The notes beneath the pieces are model-generated. The model saw only the letters and a program-made list of their open reading frames with translations. It did no database searches and had not been told where the DNA came from. From an uncultured Chloroflexia bacterium (GTDB taxonomy: Bacteria > Chloroflexota > Anaerolineae > Anaerolineales > Anaerolineaceae): DNA of 32,000 bases. Below are positions 9,035-18,600 of this stretch, one piece after another. Location of the stretch: assembly GCA_963704755.1 (NCBI GenBank), contig OY969938.1:330001-362000 (forward strand). The letters are read 5' to 3'. Position 1 is the stretch's first letter; each line of letters starts with the position of its first letter. The position numbers were made by a program, and so were the translations under genes.

Positions 9035-10285
9035 TTAGCGGTCTTTTTCGGAGAAGGAATCAAAATACATGCGCGGTGGATGGATTGTCCACCAGCGGAC
9101 CCAATACATGACTACAAACATGAACAACGGGAAGGGGAAGAACAGGATTGGGCTCTGAATGGGCTGATACGTATATGCCACCGTCCTCAAAAAGACGTAC
9201 CAGATTCCAACCCCTACCACCAACATGCACAACACCACCATCCAATGGCCAAACTTGCGCCAGCGCTCGACAATTACCGAGAAGACCAAAATTAGCGCGG
9301 GGTACGCGACGATAAAGTTACCCGGGTCGGTCTGCAGGCCGATCCAGAAACTGCCTACCAGGGTCAAACTGGCCGCCCAAATAAACCCACGCGGACCATC
9401 ATGGCGGGTCACAAACCATTCCACCAGCAGCACCACGCCGGTCAGGATTGAAAGGGCAATACCGATCCGTTTGCCAACCCCGGGCAGGTACCCATTCAAA
9501 GCCGCCGAGACGGTCCCTGGCGGGTTGTAGCCCGGGTAACGTAATACTTCGCGCAGGTTTTGCATAATCCAATCCGGGATGAGCAGCGCCGCGATGCCGG
9601 AAAGGATCGCTACCGTCCCGACAAAATACCAGAAAGCCTTCATACGCCGGTTGGAAATGCCCCAGAAAAAGATAAAGACCACAAACAGGGCCACTACCTG
9701 CGGTTTGATCGAAGCGAAGCCCAACAATATGCCGGCGACTTCATCATGCCCATCGCGGATCGCCACCATCGCAGCGGTGATCGCCAGGGCGACCAGGATG
9801 ACCGCATTGCCCAGAATAAGCGGCCGCAAGGCGTGATACCAGAACAGCGAGAAAATTAATATCGCACCTAGCAAGATGGGCTTCGGTTTCCAGCGCACCA
9901 GGTTGAAGGAAAGGAAGGTCATTCCTACCAACGCAGCCTCTAAAACTGCCATCCAGATCGCCCTGGCCAGATCGAAGTTATGCATAAAGGCAAACGGCAG
10001 GAACAGGATGATCGAATAGAGTGGGTATGCCACGCGTAGTTCGTGCTCACCGGCCTGGGCCGGGTGGCCATAAACCATATTTTGGATGCGCAGCGCAACT
10101 TCGTCAGAATAAGGGCTCAATCCGTCTTCGATAAAGGACTGTGCCCCCTCCCAGTGGACCAAAAAATCGGTGCCCCCAGGATTCTGGCGGGTGTAATGGT
10201 AATTACCCAGCACCAGGCCCACGAATAGACCTATTGCCAGCACTACGGCTACGATGAATAAACCAATCGGGCTGCGTCGCCTCAT
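9035..10285 (-). CDS. GT87/DUF2029-like (PimE-type) membrane glycosyltransferase
   Basis: 416 aa, hydrophobic throughout. NPGGTDFLVHWEGAQSFIEDGLSPY after TM1 resembles the GT87 first-loop Asp region. Size fits PimE-like enzymes. Confidence 0.6.
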   Translation of the reverse strand: MRRRSPIGLFIVAVVLAIGLFVGLVLGNYHYTRQNPGGTDFLVHWEGAQSFIEDGLSPYSDEVALRIQNMVYGHPAQAGEHELRVAYPLYSIILFLPFAFMHNFDLARAIWMAVLEAALVGMTFLSFNLVRWKPKPILLGAILIFSLFWYHALRPLILGNAVILVALAITAAMVAIRDGHDEVAGILLGFASIKPQVVALFVVFIFFWGISNRRMKAFWYFVGTVAILSGIAALLIPDWIMQNLREVLRYPGYNPPGTVSAALNGYLPGVGKRIGIALSILTGVVLLVEWFVTRHDGPRGFIWAASLTLVGSFWIGLQTDPGNFIVAYPALILVFSVIVERWRKFGHWMVVLCMLVVGVGIWYVFLRTVAYTYQPIQSPILFFPFPLFMFVVMYWVRWWTIHPPRMYFDSFSEKDR

Positions 10286-10435
10286 TATCGCTGCTTACTC
10301 CAGGAATAAGATGGATTAATCAATTTGCTTCTCCCCAAGCCAATTATAAAACACGAACCCGTTTCGCGTTCATAAAAAGCGGGTCCGGGGTTTTCAGCCG
10401 GGAGGGTAATATCCAAACCGACTGCTTCGATAAAA

Positions 10436-11965
10436 TCAGCGCTCCAACAAGATACTTTTTTCGTCCTGATAATCAACCGACCAGCCAGCCGCTTTTAACT
10501 GCTCGACCAGCGGCATATCGGGCTCGAGCAATACGGTGTGGATATCCCATTGGGCCAAAACATCCTGCCAGCCATCTTCAGCACGGACCGCCTTCATCCA
10601 CTGCTGCAAGATATCATCCCCGAATAGATCCGTACGCCCGTCGACGAAGACCTTTGTGTTCGGTACCGCCCAATCCAGGTAGCCGCCCCAGGCATACGAA
10701 TTCAACAGGTTGCCCGGCAGTCCTTCAGACTCCCAGACCCGGATCGCTTCGAGGGGATAATCCCGGTCGATATAGGCATTCACCCAGGTGGGATAGCTGG
10801 TCACATACAGCTTACCCACCCCAACCAGGGCCAATGCCCCGATCAAAAAGAGGTTGATCCCTTTGCGCAGCCGATTGGGGAGTTCGAGGTTGTAATCCGC
10901 GCGCCCTGTTTGCGGGCCGTTATTTGCCATCCAGTCTTTGAGCTTCTCGATCAGTTCGGACAACACCGGCCACAACGTCCTGGCCAATACCGGGCCGGCA
11001 AACAGCGCAAACGGGGCGATATTCCTTTTGGCCAGAAATCCCAAATACCCCAACCCCAGGATACCCACCAGGTCGGGCCCGTCCATGCGTTTACGGGATA
11101 GGGCCGCGCCGATTACGATCAGGAATAAAACCCACAGGTAAGGTTGCAGCACCAGTTGGTGAAAATCCGGAGAAGCCCATTCGTCGATGTATTGCTGCAA
11201 AACATTGACCCCGATGGTTTTAAAAGGAATCAGCCAGGTATTGATCCCGTTGGGATTGATCAGGACGGCAAAAACACACACCAGCGTCACAATGGCCAGT
11301 TTGCGGATTTGTTTCCATTCCAGCATGTGTTCAGGTGTAATAATCCACTTGTTGAGCAGTTCGCCGGAAATCCAGATGCCCAGGAGGATAAAACCTAAAG
11401 CGTAACCGCCGTGCAGGTTCGACCACAAAACGAAAATGGGCACCAGCCACCAAAGGCGATCCACCCCACGCCATTTATACAGGAACAGAACATAACCCAC
11501 CAGGGCAAACAATAATAGCGAAAACATTTGCGGACGTGGGCTCCACACCAGCGAAAAAAGGATTGCGCATAATACCACTACGAAAGTCCGCATCAGCGGG
11601 GGGCCGTCCATTTGCAGATAGACCAACGCCAGCGCCAGAGTTGCCAGCAGCGCGACCAGCAAACTCAGCCCCAGGTACCCGCCCAGCGAAAATATCAGAT
11701 ACAGGATGATCTCCGAAAGCCAGCTATGGTTGATCCAGGGCTGGCCCATCCGCGTAAAAGAGAATTGATCCGTCAGCATCGGGTGGCCGGTCTGGACCAT
11801 CACCTGCCCGGCCCGCAAATGCCACCACATGTCGCTGTCCAGGGGTGTGCGGGCAGCCATAATGAACACGATCAGCAGCATCAAGATGAAGATAAACCGG
11901 CTGCTCTCGATCTTTTTGGCATCGCTCACAGGTTCAGTCGCAGGCACATTCATAATTTCGCTCAT
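10436..11965 (-). CDS. Polytopic membrane protein, putative GT-C-fold glycosyltransferase
   Basis: 509 aa. First-loop motif TPLDSDMWWHLRAGQVM after TM1. Many TM helices and a soluble C-terminal region of about 110 aa. ATG 11963-11965 overlaps the upstream stop (ATGA). Confidence 0.5.
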   Translation of the reverse strand: MSEIMNVPATEPVSDAKKIESSRFIFILMLLIVFIMAARTPLDSDMWWHLRAGQVMVQTGHPMLTDQFSFTRMGQPWINHSWLSEIILYLIFSLGGYLGLSLLVALLATLALALVYLQMDGPPLMRTFVVVLCAILFSLVWSPRPQMFSLLLFALVGYVLFLYKWRGVDRLWWLVPIFVLWSNLHGGYALGFILLGIWISGELLNKWIITPEHMLEWKQIRKLAIVTLVCVFAVLINPNGINTWLIPFKTIGVNVLQQYIDEWASPDFHQLVLQPYLWVLFLIVIGAALSRKRMDGPDLVGILGLGYLGFLAKRNIAPFALFAGPVLARTLWPVLSELIEKLKDWMANNGPQTGRADYNLELPNRLRKGINLFLIGALALVGVGKLYVTSYPTWVNAYIDRDYPLEAIRVWESEGLPGNLLNSYAWGGYLDWAVPNTKVFVDGRTDLFGDDILQQWMKAVRAEDGWQDVLAQWDIHTVLLEPDMPLVEQLKAAGWSVDYQDEKSILLER

Positions 11966-13609
11966 TGGCGGGGAGACAAATCGATTTCAGCCGGTCGTAC
12001 CGGCGCGGAAAGATTGTAATAGATATTGAAATCACCAATCGTTTCTTCGTTCCAGCGAATATCCAATTTGGTAAATCCTTCTTGCAGCCGCGCGTCCAGG
12101 GCCGGGTTCTTGCTGGTGATATAGGCAATGTCCTGGCTCTGATCGACCAATGCATTATACGGCAGGTAACGGTTATCCCGGCTGGTATATCGCAAATCCA
12201 GGTGGTAGGGCAATTCGGGGGTAAAAATGATCCTTTCACGGCTAAGAAAGTCGAGTGGATAGGACACCCAATAGTTGCTGTATCCGCGCGTCAGGTTATG
12301 ATCATCCAGGAACTGGATCAGGGCGTCCATCGAACTCATGTTGACACGGGCCGGTTCGTAGAACTGGGTGGTGAAACCGGGCGGATTGGTCGAAGCACAC
12401 TGCACATTCCCATAAACCTGGAACACCACCAGCAAAAGAACCACGCCGGTCGCATAGCGGCTGGCAGCAATCCAGCGATCCAATACCAGGCCGGCCAGCA
12501 GCGCCAGCAACACCGTAACCGGAAGAAAATAACGCCCGGAAGGGTCAACGCCAAAAGAAGTCAGCTCAAAAGCCAGCATCAACAGGCCGATGATAGCGGC
12601 AATTAACCGGGTTGCATTTTTCTTGCCGGGATTATCGCGGACGATTTTCCCCACCGTAAAAATGACCAATCCCCAGGCGATCAGGATAAAGGGGATCAAG
12701 GGTAACCCCAGCCAGGCCGCGCTCCAGGGCGGGCGCAGGCCGAGGATTACCGGGAAGCCCAACAATACCAGGGACAAAAAGTGATCCCACAGGATTTTCA
12801 GGTACGAGCCCTGCTCAACGGCCACTGCCTGGCCAAAGATTTCAGTGACCAGCGCGTGCAGGCCGTTTTGGGCCGCATAAATCCACCAGGGCAGGGTGCC
12901 GATCAGCGCGCCCGCCAACATCAAAACCAGCGCCATTATCCAGCCCCGGTTCTTCGCCCTGGAAAAAAGCCGCCACAAAATAAACACCCCCACCGGCACT
13001 GCATAGACCAGGCTGAGCGCATCTGCCCAGAACCCCAGGCCGGCCAGGAAGCCCCACAAGGCAAAAAACGCCCCATAACGGGTTGTTGGCCCGGCTTTGT
13101 CTGCCTGTGTGATTTCCTCAACCAATCTCCAGCCCAGTAGCAATATCAGGTTGCCGATCAAGAGCGCCTCACCATAGCCCCCCAGGGAGGCGGTGGTATA
13201 CAAAGTCAGGTTAACCGTAGGGACGGCCAGCAGCCCGCCCGCAATTAGCCCGGCGCGAGTTCGAACCCCAAAGACGTTTGCCCAGCCAAACCGTGGTTAT
13301 AATGGTTAACAAATATAATCCGCCCTGCACCAGGCGGATCGTGGCGACCGAGCGGCCAAACACAGCGAAAGCCGCCGCCACCAGGTACGCATCCAGGCTG
13401 CCCATGTAAGCCTGGCCATAAAAAAACAGCGGTGTTTCCCCCTGCAGGATGTGCCCCGCCATCAGGCCCACAATGGCTTCATCCGCATTGAATGGCACCA
13501 GTCCCTGCGCAACGATCCAGGCTTTATAGCCGGCTGCCACGAGCAAAATGCCTGCCAGGATTGGGATCGCGGTGAACTTGACCTGTTTTTCATGCATTGG
13601 GGGATTCAT
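11962..13609 (-). pseudogene. ArnT/PMT_2-like GT-C glycosyltransferase interrupted by a +1 frameshift (track ORFs 13211..13609 and 11962..13203)
   Basis: The 132-aa ORF carries TM1 plus the PFNADEAIVGLMAGHILQGETPLFFYG first-loop motif, then turns into an Arg/Gly-rich tail. The frame of the 413-aa ORF is already open from 13296 and reads ...FGVRTRAGLIAGGLLAVPTVNLTLYTTASLGG, a natural continuation. Joined length is about 545 aa, like its neighbours. The break is most plausibly in CCCCAAA at 13266-13272. Confidence 0.65.
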
Positions 13610-13647
13610 ACTTTAGTATTTTAGCCATATATTTTCCAGACGTCCAA
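13605..13647. promoter_or_regulatory. Putative overlapping divergent sigma70-type promoters in the 55-bp gap between GT-C genes
   Basis: Minus strand: TTGGAC (13642-13647) -N18- TAAAAT (13618-13623), only 8 nt before ATG 13609 and with no SD, so the transcript may be leaderless. Plus strand: TTCATA (13605-13610) -N17- TATATT (13628-13633). Hexamers matched by eye only. Confidence 0.3.
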
Positions 13648-13664
13648 AGATTTCGCATGCAGAA

Positions 13665-14981
13665 ATGGCCCGGCCCATGAAGAAACTCGACCCAGAAAAA
13701 ATCGCTCTGTTGATCGTCTTTGCCGGCCTCTCGGTCTTCTATTTTGGCGGGATAAGCCGGGTTCCGTTTCACCCGGATGAAAGCACCGAGATCTTCAGCA
13801 GCGCTGACGTCGACGATTTTATCCGCGATCCAGCTTCATTGTTTTGGAACCCGGCCAATGCCCAGGATCTGCGCCAGTATTACCGCCTGGTGGACCCCGC
13901 CCTGACGCGCACCTGGATCGGTTTGTCTCGCCAGGTGCTGCACCTGGCTGCGCTGCCGGCCGATTGGAACTGGTCTTTGAGTTGGGACGAAAATGCACTT
14001 TCGGGGGCTTTGCCGGCGCCGGTCGAACTTAACCTCGTCCGAGCAGCAGTGGCGATCTTTTTCCCCTTCACCTTATGGTTGGCTTATCTGATCGGGGTCG
14101 AAGTCCTGCAATCCCGCCTGGCCGGCTGGTTCAACTTACTCCTTACGGGCAGCAACGCCCTGGTCCTGCTCGATACCCGCCGGGCGATGGCGGAAAGCCT
14201 GCTGCTTTTCGGCTGCATGTTTACTCTCTGGGGAATTGCTCGCTGGCGTAAAAAACCCTGGCTGGCCGCTCTCCCGGCCGCGATCGCCTTCAATGCCAAA
14301 TATTCTGCTTTGCCATTCTTGGGGCTGGCCCTTTTGGGAATATTCTTCGACGGTTACGGGTTAACAACGCACTTACGCCGGAAAAGCATCCATTTTGGCA
14401 TTGCCATCGCCTTGTTCTTGGCCAGCACGTTTCTGTTGAACCCCGTGTTCTGGTCCGCTCCTGGGCAGGCTTTGCAGCAAGCTTCGCGCCTGCGGGCCGG
14501 ATTGATGACCAACCAGGCGACGGAGATCAGCGCCATCGCGCAAAACGAAGCGCCATCCTCGGTTGGCAGCCGCTTGACCGCCTGGATTGGGGAACTTTTC
14601 GTTCTGCCGCCTATCGCCCAGGACGTCCGCAACTATAACGACCAGATCGATCCTCAAATGGAGATCTACTTGCAAAACCCCGGTAATTCTCTTTTCCGGG
14701 GAGTTTTTGCCGGTGGGCTGATGATGTACCTTTTTCTCGCCGGCCTTGTGCTCTGGATCATTTCGCTATTCAAAGGCACGCCTGGATCTGATACGAGGAA
14801 TAGAACCCTTTTCCTGGCCGGATTCGCCTTACAGATCGTCTCTCAGGTGGCCCTAATCCAGGTGATTTTTCAACGCTATTACCTGACGTTTTTACCCTAC
14901 GTCACCCTGATCGTTGCGTTTGCCCTGGTCAGCATCGTTCGACTTTTCAATCGAGGCCCCGCGCGAAATCCTGCCCAATAA
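13665..14981 (+). CDS. Polytopic membrane protein, GT-C-fold (PMT_2-like) glycosyltransferase
   Basis: 438 aa. ISRVPFHPDESTEIFSSADVDDF acidic loop after TM1. Multiple TM helices to the C-terminus. Divergent from the six-gene minus-strand array. An alternative start is Met5 at 13677. Confidence 0.6.
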   Translation: MARPMKKLDPEKIALLIVFAGLSVFYFGGISRVPFHPDESTEIFSSADVDDFIRDPASLFWNPANAQDLRQYYRLVDPALTRTWIGLSRQVLHLAALPADWNWSLSWDENALSGALPAPVELNLVRAAVAIFFPFTLWLAYLIGVEVLQSRLAGWFNLLLTGSNALVLLDTRRAMAESLLLFGCMFTLWGIARWRKKPWLAALPAAIAFNAKYSALPFLGLALLGIFFDGYGLTTHLRRKSIHFGIAIALFLASTFLLNPVFWSAPGQALQQASRLRAGLMTNQATEISAIAQNEAPSSVGSRLTAWIGELFVLPPIAQDVRNYNDQIDPQMEIYLQNPGNSLFRGVFAGGLMMYLFLAGLVLWIISLFKGTPGSDTRNRTLFLAGFALQIVSQVALIQVIFQRYYLTFLPYVTLIVAFALVSIVRLFNRGPARNPAQ

Positions 14982-15005
14982 GGCAGCACTGATACAATAA
15001 ATTCC

Positions 15006-15035
15006 AAAAAAAGACGGGCATAAGCCCGTCTTTTT
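15006..15035. terminator. Bidirectional rho-independent terminator between convergent genes
   Basis: AAAAAAA-GACGGGC-ATAA-GCCCGTC-TTTTT. A 7-bp GC-rich stem (15013-15019 / 15024-15030) is flanked by an A-run and a T-run, so it can function on both strands. Confidence 0.75.
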
Positions 15036-15068
15036 GCCTATTCAAGGAAAAACATCTTCGGAAAGGGA

Positions 15069-16199
15069 TTAATCCAGGTGCTTGAAATACACCCGGTGGT
15101 TCTTGTAAGCCTTCCCGCCCACGCTGATCAGGTCTTTGCGCATCTGTACCGCCGATTCGGCTACCTGGGTCAACTCATAGTGTTCGAAATCATACTCGTG
15201 AATGGTCTTATCCATTTCGGAATAAAGCAGTGCATTCCCGCCCCGGCCGTGATACTGCGGCAGCACGCCGGCGCCGTTCAAAGAGACCCAGTTGGTGCGC
15301 TTCATCTCGCGCAGCAGATCGATAATTGCCCAGGGGGTCAAACGCCCCTTGGCCCGCTGCAAGGCCGCCGAAACATCCGGAAAGCCCAGCAGGAAACCCA
15401 CCACTTCCCCTTCATTGAGGATGATCTTGATCAGCCGCGGGTCGGCCACAGAAAGCAGTCCCGCCAGGGTGTAGTCAATTTCGGCCTTGGTCAGGGGATA
15501 GTATTCCCAATTGTTGACGAAGGTCTTATTGTAGGCCTCGCCAATCCGGTCGGCCCATTCCTTCAATTCAGCCTTGGACTTGAACCGCTTGACCTCGAAT
15601 GTACCCCGTTTTTGCACCAGCTCGGCCACTTTATGAACTTTTTCAGGCATTCTGAAACTATCCCGGTGCACATAGCAGGACACAAAATCAACTTCTTTTT
15701 CGAACCCCAGGCTCTCTACCAACCGGACGTAATACTCCGGGTTGTAATTCATCATGATCATCATCTGGCGATGTTCGAAGCCTTCGATCTGGATCCCATA
15801 ACCGTCGAATGGGCTGAAACCCTTGGGCCCAACCACTTCATCCAGTTCGCGCGCTCGCGCCCAATCGAAAATTTTTCCGAACAGCGCGTTGGCGACTTCC
15901 TGGTCGTCGATACATTCGAACAAATAAAACTGCGCCTGGTGTGTGCCATGATACGTGTTGAAAGGTTTGTTCTCCATGGCTGCAATGCGTCCGGCAATTT
16001 TCCCGTCCTTACGCGCCACAAAAAATTCAGCATCTGAGTGCTCGTAAAAAGGATGTTTCTTCGGGTTGAGCATGGTGCGAATGTCACTCAAAACAGGTGG
16101 GACCCATTGTTTGACATCCTTGTAGACGGCGAAGGGGAACATGACGAACTCATTGATCGACTTCTTGTTGTTCAAGTCGATTTTTTCGACAGTAATCAT
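15069..16199 (-). CDS. GNAT-superfamily acyltransferase (about 376 aa, apparently two-lobed)
   Basis: The C-terminal lobe has an acyl-CoA-binding-type motif, VLPQYHGRGGNALLY. The N-terminal lobe ...FFVARKDGKIAGRIAAMEN...FYLFECIDDQEVANALFGKIFDWA is GNAT-like. GAGAGG lies 6 nt upstream of ATG 16197-16199. Substrate unknown. Confidence 0.55.
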   Translation of the reverse strand: MITVEKIDLNNKKSINEFVMFPFAVYKDVKQWVPPVLSDIRTMLNPKKHPFYEHSDAEFFVARKDGKIAGRIAAMENKPFNTYHGTHQAQFYLFECIDDQEVANALFGKIFDWARARELDEVVGPKGFSPFDGYGIQIEGFEHRQMMIMMNYNPEYYVRLVESLGFEKEVDFVSCYVHRDSFRMPEKVHKVAELVQKRGTFEVKRFKSKAELKEWADRIGEAYNKTFVNNWEYYPLTKAEIDYTLAGLLSVADPRLIKIILNEGEVVGFLLGFPDVSAALQRAKGRLTPWAIIDLLREMKRTNWVSLNGAGVLPQYHGRGGNALLYSEMDKTIHEYDFEHYELTQVAESAVQMRKDLISVGGKAYKNHRVYFKHLD

Positions 16200-16244
16200 G
16201 GTTAACCTCTCTTAAAAAATAATGGAATGATGCAAAGATATCTC

Positions 16245-16272
16245 AGTATACTCTCATTTTCCTTTAATTCAA
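16245..16272 (-). promoter_or_regulatory. Putative sigma70-type promoter of the GNAT gene
   Basis: Minus strand TTGAAT (16267-16272) -N16- TATACT (16245-16250), about 40 nt upstream of ATG 16199. By eye only. Confidence 0.35.
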
Positions 16273-16593
16273 TAAAGTTAGCCTCCGCTCAACCGGATGA
16301 GCCAGGGCTTCGAACTTGAGACGCCTGCCGCAGCAAACAGAAACATCTCAAATTCAGGAACTTATTTATTGGCAAGGAGAGCACCCGATTATCTTCTGCC
16401 CGGGGAAAAACCCCTTTGACATATAACACCTCATACCCCAAAAAAGTACTCCTCTTGGGGTTATTGTTTCGCGCCTGCAACGCCAGGCCGATTAGGGTAG
16501 AATAAATTAGACTACTTTGTTAACAATTTATCCGGCTAACAACGGATTTCATTCGCTGTAAGACCGTTTTCTTGGCCGATTAAGGAAAACCCG

Positions 16594-18600
16594 ATGACCA
16601 ACCAGCTCATCAATGAAATCTCACCCTACCTGCGACAGCACGCCGGGAACCCGGTAGACTGGTATCCCTGGTCCGATTCTGCCCTCGAAAAAGCCCGCCA
16701 GGAGGATAAACCGATCTTTCTCAGCATCGGTTATGCGGCCTGTCACTGGTGCCACGTGATGGCTCACGAATCATTCGAAGACCCTCGCGTGGCCGAATAT
16801 CTCAACCGGCACTTCGTGAGCATCAAGGTGGACCGCGAGGAACATCCCGAATTGGATAATATTTACATGTCGGCCGTGGTTGCTATGACCGGCCAGGGTG
16901 GCTGGCCGATGTCCGTTTTTCTGACGCCTGCCCTGGAGCCCTTTTATGCCGGTACATATTTTCCTCCGGAACCCCGCCACGGTTTACCCGCATTTTCCCA
17001 GGTGCTGGAAGGAATCCTGCACGCCTGGCAATCCGACCGCCCGCAGATCCTTTCATCGGCGGCTCAGATCCACGCCTACGTAGAACAGGCCAGTGCCTGG
17101 ACCGGCAGCCCTGAACCTGTCCTCCAGGCCGATATACCCGATCAATGTGTCGCCACCCTGACCAAAAACTACGACTGGCAAAATGGCGGCTGGGGCCGCG
17201 CACCTAAATTTCCCCAACCGATGACCATTGATTTCCTGCTCGGGCAAGCCGTTCACGGAAATTCCAGCGCCAAAGAGATCGCTTTCCACGCCCTGGATTG
17301 CATGGCGCAGGGCGGCATGTATGATCTCGTCGGCGGTGGCTTCCACCGCTACAGCACGGATGCCACCTGGACCGTTCCCCATTTCGAGAAAATGCTTTAC
17401 GACAACGCCCTGCTGGCACTGGTATACCTGCATGCTTACCTGATCGATGGAAAACCAGCCTATAAGCAAATCTGCACAGCCACCCTGGATTTTGTCCTGC
17501 GCGAAATGACCAATGCCCTGGGTGGGTTCTATTCCAGCCTGGACGCCGATTTAGACGGGCAGGAAGGTGCCTTTTACCTGTGGAGTTTAGAAGAAATCCG
17601 GCAAAGTCTTTCTCCAGCTCAATTCACCCGTTTTGGAGAACTCTATGAAACCGGCGATGAGGCGGATTGCGAGGGCAAGCTGGTCATCCGTTATCGACCC
17701 GACCGTGAACCCACGCTACCTGGCGATCTGGCCATCCCAACCCGGCTGCTGGAAGTACGTGGTAAGCGTATCCGGCCGGCGCCCGACCAAAAAGTATTGG
17801 TTTCCTGGAATTCATTGGCTATGCGCAGTTTCGCCGAAGCCGGGCGCTATCTGGACCGCCCAGATTATCTGCTGGCCGCCCAATGCAATGCCGATTTCCT
17901 GCTCTCGCACCTGGTCAACGAAGGTCATCTCTGGCGGACCTGGTTGGACGAGCGCGCTCACGTTAACGCGTTTCTGGAAGATTACGCGGGCCTGGCTATC
18001 GGCCTCCTCAGCCTCTACCAGGCGGATTTTAACCCGCGTTGGTATTCCACAGCCCGTGAACTGATGCAATCCGTATTAGGGGAATTTTCCAACCCCGCCG
18101 GTGGGTTTTACGACACCCCCGCGAACCGGCAGGACCTGATGATTAAACCGGTCTACACCGAGGATAACGCCACTCCCAGCGGAAATTCCCTGGCTGCCAT
18201 GGGGCTGTTGTGGTTGAGTGCCTTCGACGAGAATCCGGGATATCGCCGGTTGGCCGAACAATCGCTCGGGGCTATTCAAGAAAAAGCCCTGGCTTACCCA
18301 CCCGCTTACGCATTCTGGCTCCAGGCCTTCGATTTCTCGCAGCAGCCGGTTCAACAGGTAGCCCTGGTTTGGCCGGATGGAGATCAAACCGAACTTTCTC
18401 GCTGGCGCACAGTTATCGACCGCACCTACAATCCTGGGCGCATCCTGGCCGGGTCCGGCCTGGCACCGGACAAAGTGCTCCCAGGCCTCCTGACCGGCCG
18501 CCCGACGATAAATGATACCCTGACGGCTTATCTCTGCCGGGACTTCGTCTGCCTTCGGCCGGTCAACGATCCTGAGGCATTGGCCGCTCAATTATCTTGA
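16594..18600 (+). CDS. Thioredoxin-domain protein of the DUF255/YyaL family (thioredoxin-like N-domain plus alpha/alpha-barrel)
   Basis: [70 protein letters not shown] is the hallmark N-terminus of this family. 668 aa is the typical length. AAGGA lies upstream of ATG 16594. Confidence 0.85.
   Translation: MTNQLINEISPYLRQHAGNPVDWYPWSDSALEKARQEDKPIFLSIGYAACHWCHVMAHESFEDPRVAEYLNRHFVSIKVDREEHPELDNIYMSAVVAMTGQGGWPMSVFLTPALEPFYAGTYFPPEPRHGLPAFSQVLEGILHAWQSDRPQILSSAAQIHAYVEQASAWTGSPEPVLQADIPDQCVATLTKNYDWQNGGWGRAPKFPQPMTIDFLLGQAVHGNSSAKEIAFHALDCMAQGGMYDLVGGGFHRYSTDATWTVPHFEKMLYDNALLALVYLHAYLIDGKPAYKQICTATLDFVLREMTNALGGFYSSLDADLDGQEGAFYLWSLEEIRQSLSPAQFTRFGELYETGDEADCEGKLVIRYRPDREPTLPGDLAIPTRLLEVRGKRIRPAPDQKVLVSWNSLAMRSFAEAGRYLDRPDYLLAAQCNADFLLSHLVNEGHLWRTWLDERAHVNAFLEDYAGLAIGLLSLYQADFNPRWYSTARELMQSVLGEFSNPAGGFYDTPANRQDLMIKPVYTEDNATPSGNSLAAMGLLWLSAFDENPGYRRLAEQSLGAIQEKALAYPPAYAFWLQAFDFSQQPVQQVALVWPDGDQTELSRWRTVIDRTYNPGRILAGSGLAPDKVLPGLLTGRPTINDTLTAYLCRDFVCLRPVNDPEALAAQLS

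Noticed and set aside
10285-10476. 63-aa minus-strand ORF bridging the 150-nt spacer
   Set aside because: It overlaps the 3' end of the upstream GT-C gene in another frame and has no SD. The spacer is more simply explained as regulatory.
4586-13140. Dozens of 60-215-aa alternative-frame or antisense ORFs inside the GT-C genes (for example 6677..7264, 7470..8075, 8185..8727, 11965..12606, 12781..13140)
   Set aside because: All are nested within longer ORFs that show coherent multi-TM architecture. Their translations are Arg/Gly/Pro/Gln-rich, as expected for off-frames of hydrophobic-protein genes.
13255-13272. GAGTTCGAACCCC, a tRNA T-loop-like string at the frameshift site
   Set aside because: There is no complementary T-stem, acceptor stem or anticodon arm around it, and it lies within continuous coding sequence. 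It is not a tRNA or an integration-site remnant that I can support.
15078-16037. 319-aa plus-strand ORF
   Set aside because: It is antisense to the GNAT-type gene, which has an SD, a promoter match and an acyl-CoA motif. The translation is low-complexity (Gly/Pro/His/Gln-rich).
16289-16480. 63-aa minus-strand ORF, and GGGG-AAAAA-CCCC and CCCCAA...TTGGGG hairpins, in the 394-bp divergent intergenic region
   Set aside because: The ORF has no SD and poor coding character. The hairpins are short (4-7 bp). I cannot distinguish an sRNA or attenuator from chance structure, so I treat this only as a promoter region.
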